Source of the DNA: Nitrosopumilus sp.
Lineage (GTDB): Archaea; Thermoproteota; Nitrososphaeria; Nitrososphaerales; Nitrosopumilaceae
DNA: 64,000 bases
Assembly: GCA_965207075.1 (NCBI GenBank)
Contig: CBDBLO010000002.1
Span: 1,472,001-1,536,000, forward strand
Reading direction: 5' to 3'
The position numbers and the translations under genes were made by a program. The notes below the pieces were generated by a model, which did no database searches, was not told the origin of the DNA, and was given only the letters and a program-made list of their open reading frames with translations. This document shows positions 1-10,091 of the stretch, one piece after another (the first letter of the stretch is position 1; each line of letters opens with the position of its first letter).

Positions 1-296
1 TCCTTTTCCACGATATCGCGGTGTATGGTAACTCCCTGAGCCCTCAGCTCCTCGACGGCGGACTTTACGTCCCCCACGATAAAGCCTATCGTGATGCCGT
101 TCTCTATGGAACTGCCGATGTGCGCGGCCGTAAGCGACGCCGGATGGAGGCTCAGGAGGGCCCCGGAAGCGCCCAGATCGACCCACGCCCTCCTCTGGTT
201 CTTTATGGGCAGTCCGATAGTCTCGTGGTAGAACTCTAGCGACTTGTCAAGATCCTTCACTGCGAGTATGACGTTGCCCACGTGCTTTATGTTCAC
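1..296 (-). CDS. VOC/glyoxalase-bleomycin resistance family protein (runs off window edge)
   Basis: Manual translation from GTG at 296: MNIKHVGNVILAVKDLDKSLEFYHETIGL...ITIGFIVGDVKSAVEELRAQGV, typical VOC pattern; absent from ORF track because it is partial. Confidence 0.85.
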   Translation of the reverse strand, partial: MNIKHVGNVILAVKDLDKSLEFYHETIGLPIKNQRRAWVDLGASGALLSLHPASLTAAHIGSSIENGITIGFIVGDVKSAVEELRAQGVTIHRDIVEK

Positions 297-338
297 GGAT
301 AGGGTGCGGAGCGGCGCCTTAAATCCATTTTCATTGCA

Positions 339-905
339 GGAACTGCTTCCAGTCCGTGATATTAGCTGGGCATGCCGTAATCGGCAGCCCGGCCAAACAC
401 CACGCCTGTACTCTGACGTTCTTTCTCCATTCCGCTGCGGGAAAGGGAACGCGCCGGCACTTGGCTCTCGTGCCCCCTCGTGCGGTGCCTGAGGCCGCCG
501 CCGAACCTCGCTGCCAGTTTGTGCGCGGTGCATGCGTCTTGGATGCCCGCACGCTGTATCCACACGGGAGCGGCGCGCATCCACTCCTGTTCCCGGCGCA
601 CGGCCGTCAGCTCCTTGTACAGCCCGTACTCGCTCACGGCATCGCCCGACATGATCCTCCCGACGGACCAGTTGTACGCGTGGCGCCGGGCAACGCGGTA
701 CGAGTCGATGAGGCGCACCTGGTCGGCCGCCAGCGATATGGCGACCCGGTACTTGCGGTATGCATGCAACGCGTAACACGCAAGGTGATCATGTCATTAT
801 GCCTTGTTTCTAACGTGACAGGCGCGCCGCCGTGTGGCTGCCGGCTGCATCCCGTCCGTTGGCCGGAGCATCAGTCCGGACATATCACTGATTGGAAGCG
901 GAACC
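339..905. mobile_element. Non-autonomous TIR element (567 bp) carrying a tnpB-like fragment
   Basis: Imperfect 24-bp TIRs GGAACTGCTTCCAGTCCGTGATAT (339-362) and reverse complement of 882-905 GGTTCCGCTTCCAATCAGTGATAT (19/24); exact 8-bp flanking duplication TCATTGCA at 331-338 and 906-913. Confidence 0.85.
362..769 (-). pseudogene. Truncated TnpB (IS200/IS605 OrfB)-like protein, N-terminal region only
   Basis: YR...Q..LI....R.AYNW...S.Y.L.KELT..R.E.EW......Q....D...A pattern matches the TnpB N-terminus; no RuvC or zinc finger; stop codon at the inner edge of the TIR. Confidence 0.65.
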
Positions 906-1124
906 TCATTGCACCTCGACCATCGTCTCGGTGCGCTCCACCCCGCCAATCGTCTGTATCTGGTATGCCACGTCCTTGAGGTGCGCCAGCTCGTCCACCT
1001 CGATCATGGCCACGGCGTCAAACTGCCCGCTTGTGGGAAAAGAGTCAGACACGGACTTGATCTTTCTGAGCCTGGCCGCGATAAGCTTTTTGGGGGATTT
1101 GACAAGTATGATCGCCCTTACCAT
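906..1124 (-). CDS. Lrp/AsnC ligand-binding domain protein
   Basis: 72 aa; TSGQFDAVA...IGGVERTET RAM-domain pattern, no HTH. Confidence 0.85.
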   Translation of the reverse strand: MVRAIILVKSPKKLIAARLRKIKSVSDSFPTSGQFDAVAMIEVDELAHLKDVAYQIQTIGGVERTETMVEVQ

Positions 1125-1357
1125 CCCATGTTCACCTCCACCTCAAGCAGCGTCTCTGTCGACGAGATGTCCTTGATCTTCTTAAAGTTCACCACCATCC
1201 CGTTTATCTGGTGTATGTTGCCCTGAAGCAGGACGCTGATGTCGGCCCTGCCGGTTACGACCATCATCTGCTTTATGATCTTGCGCTTTTTTCTGAGTAT
1301 CGCCATCACGTGCTCGATCTGGCCGGCCCTGACTGTAATCAGGCACAGTGCACGCAT
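1118..1357 (-). CDS. Lrp/AsnC ligand-binding domain protein
   Basis: ATG at 1357: MRALCLITV...VTGRADI...ISSTETL; tandem paralogue of the neighbouring gene. Confidence 0.85.
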   Translation of the reverse strand: MRALCLITVRAGQIEHVMAILRKKRKIIKQMMVVTGRADISVLLQGNIHQINGMVVNFKKIKDISSTETLLEVEVNMGW

Positions 1358-1836
1358 GTGTATGATACGGGGACAGCACGGATAAACATTTGGCAAGACG
1401 CAGTGTCTGCACGATTCCCCAAGCGGCCCCTCCGAAAGGGTGCGGCCCTGCAGCAGGCACAAGCCGTCCTACTGCCCCGCAGGCCGGACCGGCGTGCCAC
1501 CGCGCCTCCAGGCCGTGGCGTCGACTGGCGTGTGATATGCCGACGGCAGGGCGCAGGCAGCGCTTCCAGGCCGGCGGACAGTACGGACAGGCATGGTGCA
1601 TTACACGCCTTGATGCCCTGCGGGCGCATTGCGCATTCTCAGGATCCGTGCTTGACGGGCATGACGGCAGCGGCGTTCTGCCCGGGAGGTCGGCGAATTG
1701 TGCAACGCGCTGGCAGGACGCGCACCACAAGCCAGGCAGCGTGAAAAGGCGCACGTGCTGCAGGCGGGCCTGCTGCCCCGCGCACATACGCGCATGTATA
1801 GATACGCGCATACAGGCAGATTCCGCTGCCGACACC

Positions 1837-2328
1837 TCAGTCAAAGGCTTCCTGGGAGCGGGCCTCTTCAAGGTAGGCCCTGCGCTCCTCGTTGATCTTT
1901 TCCTGATCGACTTCTATGGTGTCATCCATAATCACTATCCCGATATCTGCCATGTCCGTGTCAGATGCAGAGGCGGAGCGGCCTCCGGACTTTGTCTTCC
2001 CCCTTGCGGCGGCCTTGCCGGCCTTGCCGGCCTTTCTGGTGGCGGCGCCGGATTTCTTTCTGGATGCCGCAGCCCTAGAGGCGGCAGGCCTAGAGGATGA
2101 CTTGGATCCCGCCTTGGCGGCGGCCTTTGGCGCCCCTGCAGTCCTTGCCTTTCTGGATCTGGCGGCGCCCGCCTGTGCCTTTGCAGGCGTCCGTGACGGA
2201 TCGGGGCGCCTTTTTGCCGTAGCGGCCGCCCTCTTCTTGGACTTGGCAGGCGGCTTGGAATCAGATGGCGTGACGGCAGACGCGGCTGCCGACGGTTTAC
2301 TGCCTGCGGTGGCATCTTTTTTGGACAT
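1837..2328 (-). CDS. Lys/Ala/Arg-rich basic protein with acidic C-terminal tail
   Basis: ATG at 2328 (MSKKDAT) about 30 nt downstream of an AT-rich TATA-like box; basic low-complexity body ending EKINEERRAYLEEARSQEAFD. Confidence 0.65.
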   Translation of the reverse strand: MSKKDATAGSKPSAAASAVTPSDSKPPAKSKKRAAATAKRRPDPSRTPAKAQAGAARSRKARTAGAPKAAAKAGSKSSSRPAASRAAASRKKSGAATRKAGKAGKAAARGKTKSGGRSASASDTDMADIGIVIMDDTIEVDQEKINEERRAYLEEARSQEAFD

Positions 2329-2540
2329 GAAAGTCGAAAAACGGGAATTTAGCAGGGTATTAAATTTAGCGTCATCTGCCGTGCGCGCGGGCGGCGCAGC
2401 CCGGCCAAACGGCGCACCAGGATGCAGGCGGTGCCTGCCGGCGGCAAGGCAGGATCCCGCATGCCGCAGTCCAACGGCCGCCGCCGCCGCCGACATGCGC
2501 GCGTACCGCGCGCATACACAGCAGCGCAAAAGTATGGAGG

Positions 2541-2614
2541 TGCCGGGGGCGAGATTTGAACGCGCGACAGCTCGGTCTTCAGCCGAGTGCTCTCCCGGGC
2601 TGAGCTACCCCGGC
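2541..2614 (-). tRNA. tRNA-Phe (GAA), intronless, CCA not encoded
   Basis: GCCGGGGTAGCTCAGCCCGGGAGAGCACTCGGCTGAAGACCGAGCTGTCGCGCGTTCAAATCTCGCCCCCGGCA folds as a cloverleaf with anticodon GAA. Confidence 0.95.
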
Positions 2615-2642
2615 ACTCAGTTGGACGGCCCGGACTTGGAAA

Positions 2643-3257
2643 TTAAAATCTGCCGTTTGCGCTCCCCTCCCGAGGGGCCCCCGATGCGCTAGGTCCGTGG
2701 GCGTCGCCGCGCGGCGGCGGAACCCAGGGCGTCTCGGGGCGGCCCGCCCTCCGGTCCGCGACGCGTGCAAGCACAAAGAGCAGATCAGAGAGCCTGTTGA
2801 GATAGATGGCGCAGTGCAGGTTTATCTCCTCGGACTCGCTCAGTCCCACCGCGAGGGACTCGGCCCTCCTCACGACGGCGCGTGCGTGATGGAGGTGCGA
2901 GGCGGCGGCGGTCCCCCCGCCGGGCAGGACGAAGCTCGTAAGGGGGGGCAGCTCCGACTCGAACCTGTCTATTGTTTTTTCAAGCGACTCGGCCATGTCT
3001 GGGGTCACGCGGATCCCGAGGTCGCCCAGATTGGGATTTGAGAGGTCCGCGCCAAGCACGAACAGGTCGCTCTGTATGCGGCCTAGGACTGCACGGATGT
3101 CCTCGGGGCACTGCTCGCCGGACAGGACGACGCCGAGCACCGCGTTCGCCTCGTCGATGGCGCCGTACGCGGTGATCCTGACGTGGGACTTTGATATGCG
3201 CAGCCCCCCCTGCAGCCCCGTGTTGCCGTCATCGCCGGTCCTGGTGTAAATCTTCAT
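2643..3257 (-). CDS. ATP:cob(I)alamin adenosyltransferase, PduO type
   Basis: MKIYTRTGDDGNTGL, YGAIDEAN, RRAE and YLNRLSDLLF motifs. Confidence 0.95.
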   Translation of the reverse strand: MKIYTRTGDDGNTGLQGGLRISKSHVRITAYGAIDEANAVLGVVLSGEQCPEDIRAVLGRIQSDLFVLGADLSNPNLGDLGIRVTPDMAESLEKTIDRFESELPPLTSFVLPGGGTAAASHLHHARAVVRRAESLAVGLSESEEINLHCAIYLNRLSDLLFVLARVADRRAGRPETPWVPPPRGDAHGPSASGAPREGSANGRF

Positions 3258-3385
3258 GTGCTGCGTATGAACAGCCTGCTTCTTTTAACTGTAGGGCGGG
3301 CCGAGCAGGCAGTCCGCCGACGCGGAGTACAGGAACTGCCGGCCCGTGCATATCTGTAAAAGGGGCATCACCCGCACACAGCGCA

Positions 3386-3973
3386 ATGGCGCTTGGCGAA
3401 TTTATCAGGGCGGCGGCAGGCCTCAAGGAACTCAAGAGGGCCGGATGGGCAGAAAAGTTCTCCATGTCCGACGGCGAGTCGGTCGCCGACCATTCGTTTG
3501 GGGCCGCCGTCACGGCCATGATACTATCGGACGCTATGGGGCTCGACTCGGAGCGCGCAGTCAAAATGGCGCTGCTGCACGACATAGCAGAGTCGGAGAT
3601 AGGGGACATCACGCCGGACAGCATGCCGCATGACAAAAAGGAGAAGCTGGAGACGGAGGCGTTTTTGCGGATTGTGTCCACGCTGCCGGAGGGGATGAGG
3701 GCAGAATACGTCTCAATATGGGACGAATTCTGTGCAGGCAAGACGCCAGAGGCGAGGATCGTGGCGCAGGCAGACAAGATCGACATGGCTCTCCAGGCAG
3801 TCACATATGAGAGGGCCGGCCGCGCGTCGCGCGCAAGCGCATCCGTGTTCGTGGATGCCGCGTCCGCGTCGATCAAGGACGAGGCGGCTGGCACATTACT
3901 CTCCGACATCACATCACACGGGAAGAGTGGCAGCGGCGTTGATGGCAGCGGAAACAGGGCCTCATCAGTGTGA
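3386..3973 (+). CDS. HD-domain hydrolase (YfbR/5'-deoxynucleotidase-like)
   Basis: LKELKRAGW, ESVADHS, ALLHDIAESEIGDI and ADKID motifs; ATG at 3386. Confidence 0.9.
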   Translation: MALGEFIRAAAGLKELKRAGWAEKFSMSDGESVADHSFGAAVTAMILSDAMGLDSERAVKMALLHDIAESEIGDITPDSMPHDKKEKLETEAFLRIVSTLPEGMRAEYVSIWDEFCAGKTPEARIVAQADKIDMALQAVTYERAGRASRASASVFVDAASASIKDEAAGTLLSDITSHGKSGSGVDGSGNRASSV

Positions 3974-4337
3974 TGCTGCACGGCCGCAGATTACGGGGCA
4001 ACTGCGCGGTAATGAAGCAGCCCGCCAGATGTGCACAGTCGCTCATCGCGCGAGCGCCCGCGATGCCTGTATTTGGGAGGACCCGGAGGGCTTCGATCCC
4101 CCGGCCTGGCGATCCGGAATCGCCCGCACTATCCATGCTATGCTACGGGTCCGATACCCATTATGGCAAAAAATGCGCTCTAAAACCCTATGCGCCATAT
4201 GCTGAACCTGCACGGGGGCGTGCGGCGCGCGGTCATGCGACACGACAATGCTGCAGTGACGCAGGAGAAAAACTGCGGGGGGCAGAGATGCGCCAGCCAC
4301 CGCGACTGTTTTTATAGCGACGCGGGATCCATGCATC

Positions 4338-4685
4338 ATGCAGTATTTTGCCGCCCTAAAGGAGGGCCAGCGACGCGTGGCGGAGGCCCGCGAGTACCTC
4401 AACGGGCTGACCGGCGGCAGCGCCATGCCGGCCATGGCGCTTGCCAACCCGGACTCGAACAGCTGGGAGCCTGTGGGCAAGGAGAACCTCTATGCGTTTG
4501 TCAGCGAGTCCCAGGGATTCGTGCTGACAGATACGAGCGGGTACATACTTGCGCTGGTCGACGGGTCGGGAATCTCAAAGGCCATAGTCCAGGGAGTCAC
4601 GCCAGGGCAGGCAGAAACGCTTGAGAAGAGCCTCATAGCAGACGGCATACCAAAGTTTGAGGGGCATGTCATACTACCGGCATGA
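4338..4685 (+). CDS. Hypothetical protein
   Basis: 115-aa ORF with protein-like composition, TATA-like TTTTATA upstream. Confidence 0.7.
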   Translation: MQYFAALKEGQRRVAEAREYLNGLTGGSAMPAMALANPDSNSWEPVGKENLYAFVSESQGFVLTDTSGYILALVDGSGISKAIVQGVTPGQAETLEKSLIADGIPKFEGHVILPA

Positions 4686-4833
4686 TGCAAGAATTGGAGG
4701 AAGCGGAGCGGCACGATGCAGTCCACTATGATGACTGTGGCGGCGGCGGCAATTATACGTCATACGCGTTCAGCGGCAGAGGAGCGTCACAGGATGCAAG
4801 ACATTTAGTATGTAGGGAAGGAGGCAGTGTGCG

Positions 4834-6132
4834 ATGACGGCAAAGAGGGCAAAAGCAGGGACGGCAAAGAGGGCAAAGAGGGCGCCGCCCCCCGAGACGG
4901 CCCATTCCAAGGAGATCGAGGTCAAGGGGCACCTGGTCGATTCCATGATCCTGACTAGGATATTTGACACCATAATGGACATGGACGGGGAGTTTGACGT
5001 CCTGGAGTTTGAGATTGGAAAGAGGAAGACCGAAAAGTCAAGGGCCCTGCTGCGCATAACGGCCAAGAGCAAAAATGATCTCGAGGAGATGCTGGATTCC
5101 GTATACAGGGAGGGCGCGCGTCCCATGCAGCCGGCCGGCGTGTCCGTGAAAAGGGCCCCCAGGGACTGCGTCATGCCAGACGAGTTCTACAGTACTACAA
5201 ACAACCGCACACGCATCTACCACAACAAAAAATGGATAGACGTGGAGAACATGATGATGGACAAGTGCATCGTGGTGCGAGGCGGCAGGGCGCTCTGCAC
5301 CCCCATCAGGGACGTAAGGCGGGGCGACATGATCGTGGTGGGAGACGAGGGCGTGGCCGTGGTGCCGCCGGAGCGCCCGCGCGAGGCACACAATATCTTT
5401 GAGTTCATGGGAAGCTCCAGCTCAAGCGAGCGTCCCACGCAGCACATTGCAAAGAGGGTCGCCGAGGACATCCACAGGACAAAATCAGAGGGGGGAAGGA
5501 TCATCGTAGTCGGAGGCCCCGCAATAGTGCACACCGGGGCCGCGGGCGCGCTTGCCGAGATGATACGCGGCGGCTACATCGACGGCGTACTTGCAGGAAA
5601 CGCGCTCGCGGTGCACGACGTAGAGCACGCCATACTGGGCACCTCGCTTGGAATGAACGTGCACGACGCGACGCTGGCCCACAAGGGGCACCGCAACCAC
5701 ATGGACGCGGTCAATGCCGTATTCAAGGCAGGCTCCATAGCAAAGATGGTCCGGGGCGGGAGGCTCACAAGCGGCATCATGTACGAGTGCGTCAGGAACA
5801 AGGTGCCGTTCGTGCTGGCAGGCTCGATAAGGGACGACGGCCCACTGCCGGACGTCATCACAGACGTGGCCCAGGCCCAGCGCGAGTACAAAAAGGTGCT
5901 AAAGGGTGCAAAAATGGTCATTATGATATCCACCATGCTCCACTCCATCGCGACGGGGAACATGATTCCGGCCGACGTAAAGGTGGTCGTGGTGGACATA
6001 AACCAGCCTACCGTAACAAAGCTGATGGACAGGGGCACCTGGCAGGCGCTCGGGATCGTGTCCGACGTGGGCGCGTTTATCCCGATGGTTGCAGGCTATC
6101 TCAGGAAAAAGAAGAGAAGGCCGCGCGCGTAA
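4834..6132 (+). CDS. TIGR00300-family protein (archaeal ornithine cyclodeaminase / LOR-SDH domain)
   Basis: GHLVDS, FYSTTN, FEFMGSSSSSERP, AGNALAVHD, LAGSIRDDGPLP and TMLHSIATGN motifs. Confidence 0.9.
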   Translation: MTAKRAKAGTAKRAKRAPPPETAHSKEIEVKGHLVDSMILTRIFDTIMDMDGEFDVLEFEIGKRKTEKSRALLRITAKSKNDLEEMLDSVYREGARPMQPAGVSVKRAPRDCVMPDEFYSTTNNRTRIYHNKKWIDVENMMMDKCIVVRGGRALCTPIRDVRRGDMIVVGDEGVAVVPPERPREAHNIFEFMGSSSSSERPTQHIAKRVAEDIHRTKSEGGRIIVVGGPAIVHTGAAGALAEMIRGGYIDGVLAGNALAVHDVEHAILGTSLGMNVHDATLAHKGHRNHMDAVNAVFKAGSIAKMVRGGRLTSGIMYECVRNKVPFVLAGSIRDDGPLPDVITDVAQAQREYKKVLKGAKMVIMISTMLHSIATGNMIPADVKVVVVDINQPTVTKLMDRGTWQALGIVSDVGAFIPMVAGYLRKKKRRPRA

Positions 6133-6365
6133 AGGAGGATGGCTAGCCCGCGCCTAGCGCCCCGTCCGTCCGCGCGCACACACGTACATCCCCCATCTTC
6201 CCCGCCCTTAGCAAAGCGCCGGGACAGGCGCCGAGCCGGTGCGAACACCGAGCCGGTGCCGGTGAACGGTCGGAGCTGCAACCGCGATGGCATAATGGGC
6301 CCGTGGTGGCGGTGGCGGTGGCGACGACGGCACCGTGGGGAACGTGAACCGGCAGTGGAACGCAG

Positions 6366-7901
6366 TCAGTCCACCGGGAGGCACCGCTTCAGGAGCTCCA
6401 GCGTAACCTGCGGATCCGCCTTGCCGCGGGTCTTCTGCATGACCTTGCCCACCAGGTAGTTTACGGTGTTCGGGTTCGAGGAGGCCTGCTCGGCGGCCTG
6501 CGGCTCCTCCGAGATGACGGACCGCACCACGCCCAAGAGCTCCGACTCGTCGGATACTAGCCCCAGGTCCATCTCAGAGGACACCTCCGCGAGGCTCTTG
6601 CCGGTTTTTGCCATCTCGTGCAGCGCCTGCTTTGCAGAGTTGCGCGCCATCTGCCCCGACGCGACCGCGTCGGCAAGCTCCCGCAGCCCGTCCACGCTTA
6701 TCACGTCAGACGCGGGATCGTCACGCTTTTTCTGCGCGTCGCCGCCGGCAGCATCACTATCCGGGGCCGGAGCTGTTGTCGTCGCCGCCGATGCCGTCGC
6801 CATCACAAGCCCCATCAAGTCGGTGGTGATGATGTTTGCAAGCTCCCTGGCGTTCTTGCCGGTGCGGGCCGCGTCAAACAGGTCAGAGTACGTCTTGTCA
6901 GAGGAGAGCACGTCGGCCACCTGCGGCGGGATCATATACTGGGAGACGAACCGCTCCCGCTTCTCAGAGACGCTCTCGGGCATACGGGACCTCAGCGACT
7001 CGACTGTCTCGGCGTCTATCCTCACCCACGGGATGTCCGCCTCCAGCAGGTAGCGGTAGCCCTTCTCCTCCTCCTTTAGCCTCGAGGGGACGGTAATCTT
7101 TCTTGCCGCGTCCCAGTGGCGCGTCTCCTGCACCACCTCAAGGCCCCGGGAATGCTGCGCCTCCTGCCTTGCAATCTCGAAGACCACGGCCTTTTCGAGG
7201 TCATGGAACGAGCTGATGTTCTTTATCTCGACCCTGTTCCCGCCCTCAAGCGAGACGTTGGCGTCCGCCCTCATCGCGCCCTCGAGGGCGGGATTGGACA
7301 CGCCCAGGTTCTCCACCATATCTGAGAGCATCTGCAGAAACAGCCTCAGCTGCCGGGGCCCCTCAAAGTCCGGCTCCGTCACGATCTCGACTAACGGGGT
7401 TCCGGCCCTGTTGTAGTCGACCAGCGATATGCGGTTCCGGGCAGACGCCCCCTCGTATACCATGCGCCCCGGATCCTCCTCGAGCTGGACGCGGCGTATC
7501 CCCACGGTGCCGCCGTCCACCAGTACGGAGCCCCTGCCCCCTATGCTGGTGTCGCCGTACATGTCAAGCTGCGTAATCTGAAAGTTCTTTGGAAGGTCGG
7601 GATAAAAGTAGTTCTTCCTGAAAAAGGATATCCTCTCAGGTATGGCGCAGCCCAGGGCCATTGCAATCATCGTTCCCCTGCGGACGGCCTCCGCGTTGAG
7701 CCGCGGCAGCGTCCCGGGCATGCCCATGCAGACGGGGCAGACGTTCTCGTTGGGGCCCATGCCGCGGTAGTCGGCCCTGCACGGGCAGAAGAGCTTGCTC
7801 TTGAGGCTGGTCATCTGGCAGTGTATCTCCAGGCCGATTACGGGCCGCGGGGCGGCCGTACCGGCGGAGGCGGCGCCCGCGCCGCTGACGTCCCCGCTCA
7901 A
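6366..7901 (-). CDS. gatB: Asp-tRNA(Asn)/Glu-tRNA(Gln) amidotransferase subunit B
   Basis: IGLEIHCQ, RKNYFYPDLPKNFQITQ, DYNRAGTPLVEIVTEPD and QETRHW motifs. Confidence 0.97.
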   Translation of the reverse strand: MSGDVSGAGAASAGTAAPRPVIGLEIHCQMTSLKSKLFCPCRADYRGMGPNENVCPVCMGMPGTLPRLNAEAVRRGTMIAMALGCAIPERISFFRKNYFYPDLPKNFQITQLDMYGDTSIGGRGSVLVDGGTVGIRRVQLEEDPGRMVYEGASARNRISLVDYNRAGTPLVEIVTEPDFEGPRQLRLFLQMLSDMVENLGVSNPALEGAMRADANVSLEGGNRVEIKNISSFHDLEKAVVFEIARQEAQHSRGLEVVQETRHWDAARKITVPSRLKEEEKGYRYLLEADIPWVRIDAETVESLRSRMPESVSEKRERFVSQYMIPPQVADVLSSDKTYSDLFDAARTGKNARELANIITTDLMGLVMATASAATTTAPAPDSDAAGGDAQKKRDDPASDVISVDGLRELADAVASGQMARNSAKQALHEMAKTGKSLAEVSSEMDLGLVSDESELLGVVRSVISEEPQAAEQASSNPNTVNYLVGKVMQKTRGKADPQVTLELLKRCLPVD

Positions 7902-9367
7902 TCCGGCACCTCCGGAAGCGGGGGCCTCCCCTTCTCGAGTGCCCGCGCCGCCCTCAGTAGCGCCCTGTCCTGCATCGAGTCGGCCATCATCTGGATGCCT
8001 ATAGGCAGCCCTCCCGCGGAGACCGCGTACGGCACGGACACGGCGGGCCTCCGGGTCAGGTTGGCAGTCACGGTATTGAGGTCCACCATGAACAGCGAGA
8101 CGGGATCGTCGGTCTTTTCGCCTATCCTAAACGGCAGCATCGGGACCGTCGGGGCCATCAGTATGTCATAGGAGGAGGCAAACGCGTCGGCCACCTCGCG
8201 CGTCAGCTTTGCCCTGACCTTTAGCGCCTTTAGATAGTACCTGCCGGCGTGCCCGGCAGACGAGACGTACCCCCCCAGGATCATGCGCCTAGTGACCTCC
8301 GGCCCGAACCGGCCGCGGGCCTCGGCCACGTACGAGTTGAACTCGTACCCGTCAAGCGGGAGGTCGTAGCCGTACCGGAGGTTGTCGTACCTGGCCAGGT
8401 TGCTTGCGGCCTCGGCCGCCGTGATGGTATAGTACGACGGGACCGAGTACCCGACCATGTCAAGCGATACCCGCTCGCACGAGGCGCCCGCCGCCTCCAA
8501 GTCCCACGCGGCCCGCTCGGCGGCCCCCGCGACCTCCGGGTCGGCTCCCTCCGTCATCTCGTCGACTATGCCCACCCGCATGCCCTCGACGCCCCCCTCG
8601 ATGCCCTCAAGGTAGTCGGCGGCGTCGGCATCCGCAGTGGTGTCGTCATGCTCGTCCCTCCCGGCAATCACGCCCAGGACAAGGGCCGCGTCGCCCACCG
8701 TCCTTGCGATCGGGCCGATCTGCTCTATGCTGTTGGCGTACGAGACGAGCCCGTGCCGGCTCACAAGCCCGTACGTGGGCTTGTATCCCACAACGGAGCA
8801 GAAGCTTGCGGGGTTTCTCACAGAGCCCCCCGTGTCCGAGCCCAGGGACGCGACGCACTCAAACGCCGCTGCCGCGACGGCGCTTCCGCCTGATGAGCCC
8901 CCCGGCACGTATCCCGTATTCCACGGGTTGCGGCTGGGCCCGTACGCGCTGAACTCGGTGGTGAGTCCCATCGCAAACTCGTCCATGTTGGCCTTTGCCA
9001 CTATAATCCCCCCCTCCGCATTCAGCCGGGACACCGCGGTGGCGTCGTACGGGGCCACGAACCCCTCAAGCATCCTAGAGCCGCAGGTGGTGCGGCTGCC
9101 CCGCATGCAGATGTTGTCCTTTATCGACACGGGCATGCCCGCAAGCAGCCCCACCTTCTGCCCGGACTTGATGCCGCGGTCGATCTCCCTGGCGCGCGCC
9201 AGCAGCTTCTGGCGGTCCTCCACGTGCAGGTACGCGTTGTACCGGGTTTCGGCCTCCTCGATGCGGGAGAGCGTCTCGGAGAGAAACTCCTCGGCGGTAA
9301 ACTCGCCTGACGTGACGCCCCGCACGTACTCTAGCGCCGAGGCCCTTATTATCGAGGAGTGGTTCAT
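7898..9367 (-). CDS. gatA: Amidotransferase subunit A
   Basis: Amidase signature KANMDEFAMG, PGGSSGGSA, GSDTGGSVRNPA; ATG at 9367. Confidence 0.97.
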   Translation of the reverse strand: MNHSSIIRASALEYVRGVTSGEFTAEEFLSETLSRIEEAETRYNAYLHVEDRQKLLARAREIDRGIKSGQKVGLLAGMPVSIKDNICMRGSRTTCGSRMLEGFVAPYDATAVSRLNAEGGIIVAKANMDEFAMGLTTEFSAYGPSRNPWNTGYVPGGSSGGSAVAAAAFECVASLGSDTGGSVRNPASFCSVVGYKPTYGLVSRHGLVSYANSIEQIGPIARTVGDAALVLGVIAGRDEHDDTTADADAADYLEGIEGGVEGMRVGIVDEMTEGADPEVAGAAERAAWDLEAAGASCERVSLDMVGYSVPSYYTITAAEAASNLARYDNLRYGYDLPLDGYEFNSYVAEARGRFGPEVTRRMILGGYVSSAGHAGRYYLKALKVRAKLTREVADAFASSYDILMAPTVPMLPFRIGEKTDDPVSLFMVDLNTVTANLTRRPAVSVPYAVSAGGLPIGIQMMADSMQDRALLRAARALEKGRPPLPEVPD

Positions 9368-9383
9368 CGCGCGCGGCCTCCAG

Positions 9384-9644
9384 TCAATCCATCTTCGGCA
9401 CCCTGACATAGCCGTCCCGGTACTGCCTGATGTAGCCAGAAAGCCCGCCAAAGGACTCGTGCGCGTCCTCGCGCAGCCGCGACACGGGCACGTCGTCCAT
9501 CACAAGCTCGTCGTCCTCGACTCCGGCCGAGTCGAGCATCTCAAAGAAGTTTATCATGTCGCGCACCTTTTCAATATGTTCCCGGTGGTCGGCCACCCGT
9601 ATCCTTACAAGCTTCGAGACGGACTCTATCTCCTCCTCTGTCAC
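9384..9644 (-). CDS. gatC: Amidotransferase subunit C
   Basis: VTEEEIESVSKL...LRED...GYVRVPK; directly upstream of gatA; start GTG 9644 or TTG 9647. Confidence 0.85.
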   Translation of the reverse strand: MTEEEIESVSKLVRIRVADHREHIEKVRDMINFFEMLDSAGVEDDELVMDDVPVSRLREDAHESFGGLSGYIRQYRDGYVRVPKMD

Positions 9645-9705
9645 CAATCCGGACTGTGGTATGGCCAGAGTCGTTATTAATCTTGGCGGCATGCGCGCCA
9701 AGGGC

Positions 9706-9921
9706 CTACGGGGCAAGGGCCCGCAGATCAAGGCACTTTTGGTCAAACTCGTCCAGGTATGACTTGCCGCCCCCCGGGGTGGGCTCGTAGATCTGGCAGG
9801 TGGCAGGATCAATCAGCCGGGTGGTGGGCCCGTCAGACGTGTTTGCCACGTACTGCACCACTAGTATGGCAAGCAGCACGCCTATTATCATCAGGGGCAG
9901 CCGCCGCGACGCCAGTTCCAT
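9706..9921 (-). CDS. Small membrane-anchored hypothetical protein
   Basis: N-terminal hydrophobic helix followed by a two-Cys domain. Confidence 0.65.
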   Translation of the reverse strand: MELASRRLPLMIIGVLLAILVVQYVANTSDGPTTRLIDPATCQIYEPTPGGGKSYLDEFDQKCLDLRALAP

Positions 9922-10091
9922 CCCTATGACGCCCCCTGCATGCGCGCTTCAGGGGCGCCGGCCCCCCTCGGCGCCGCGTCACTCGGATCATCATGCGCCG
10001 GCGCTGCCGCTGTGATCTCGGACGTCACGACATGCTGCACGCCGGACGCCGCTGTAATCCCCATAATCATCCCTTCAAACCATCCCAGAAT

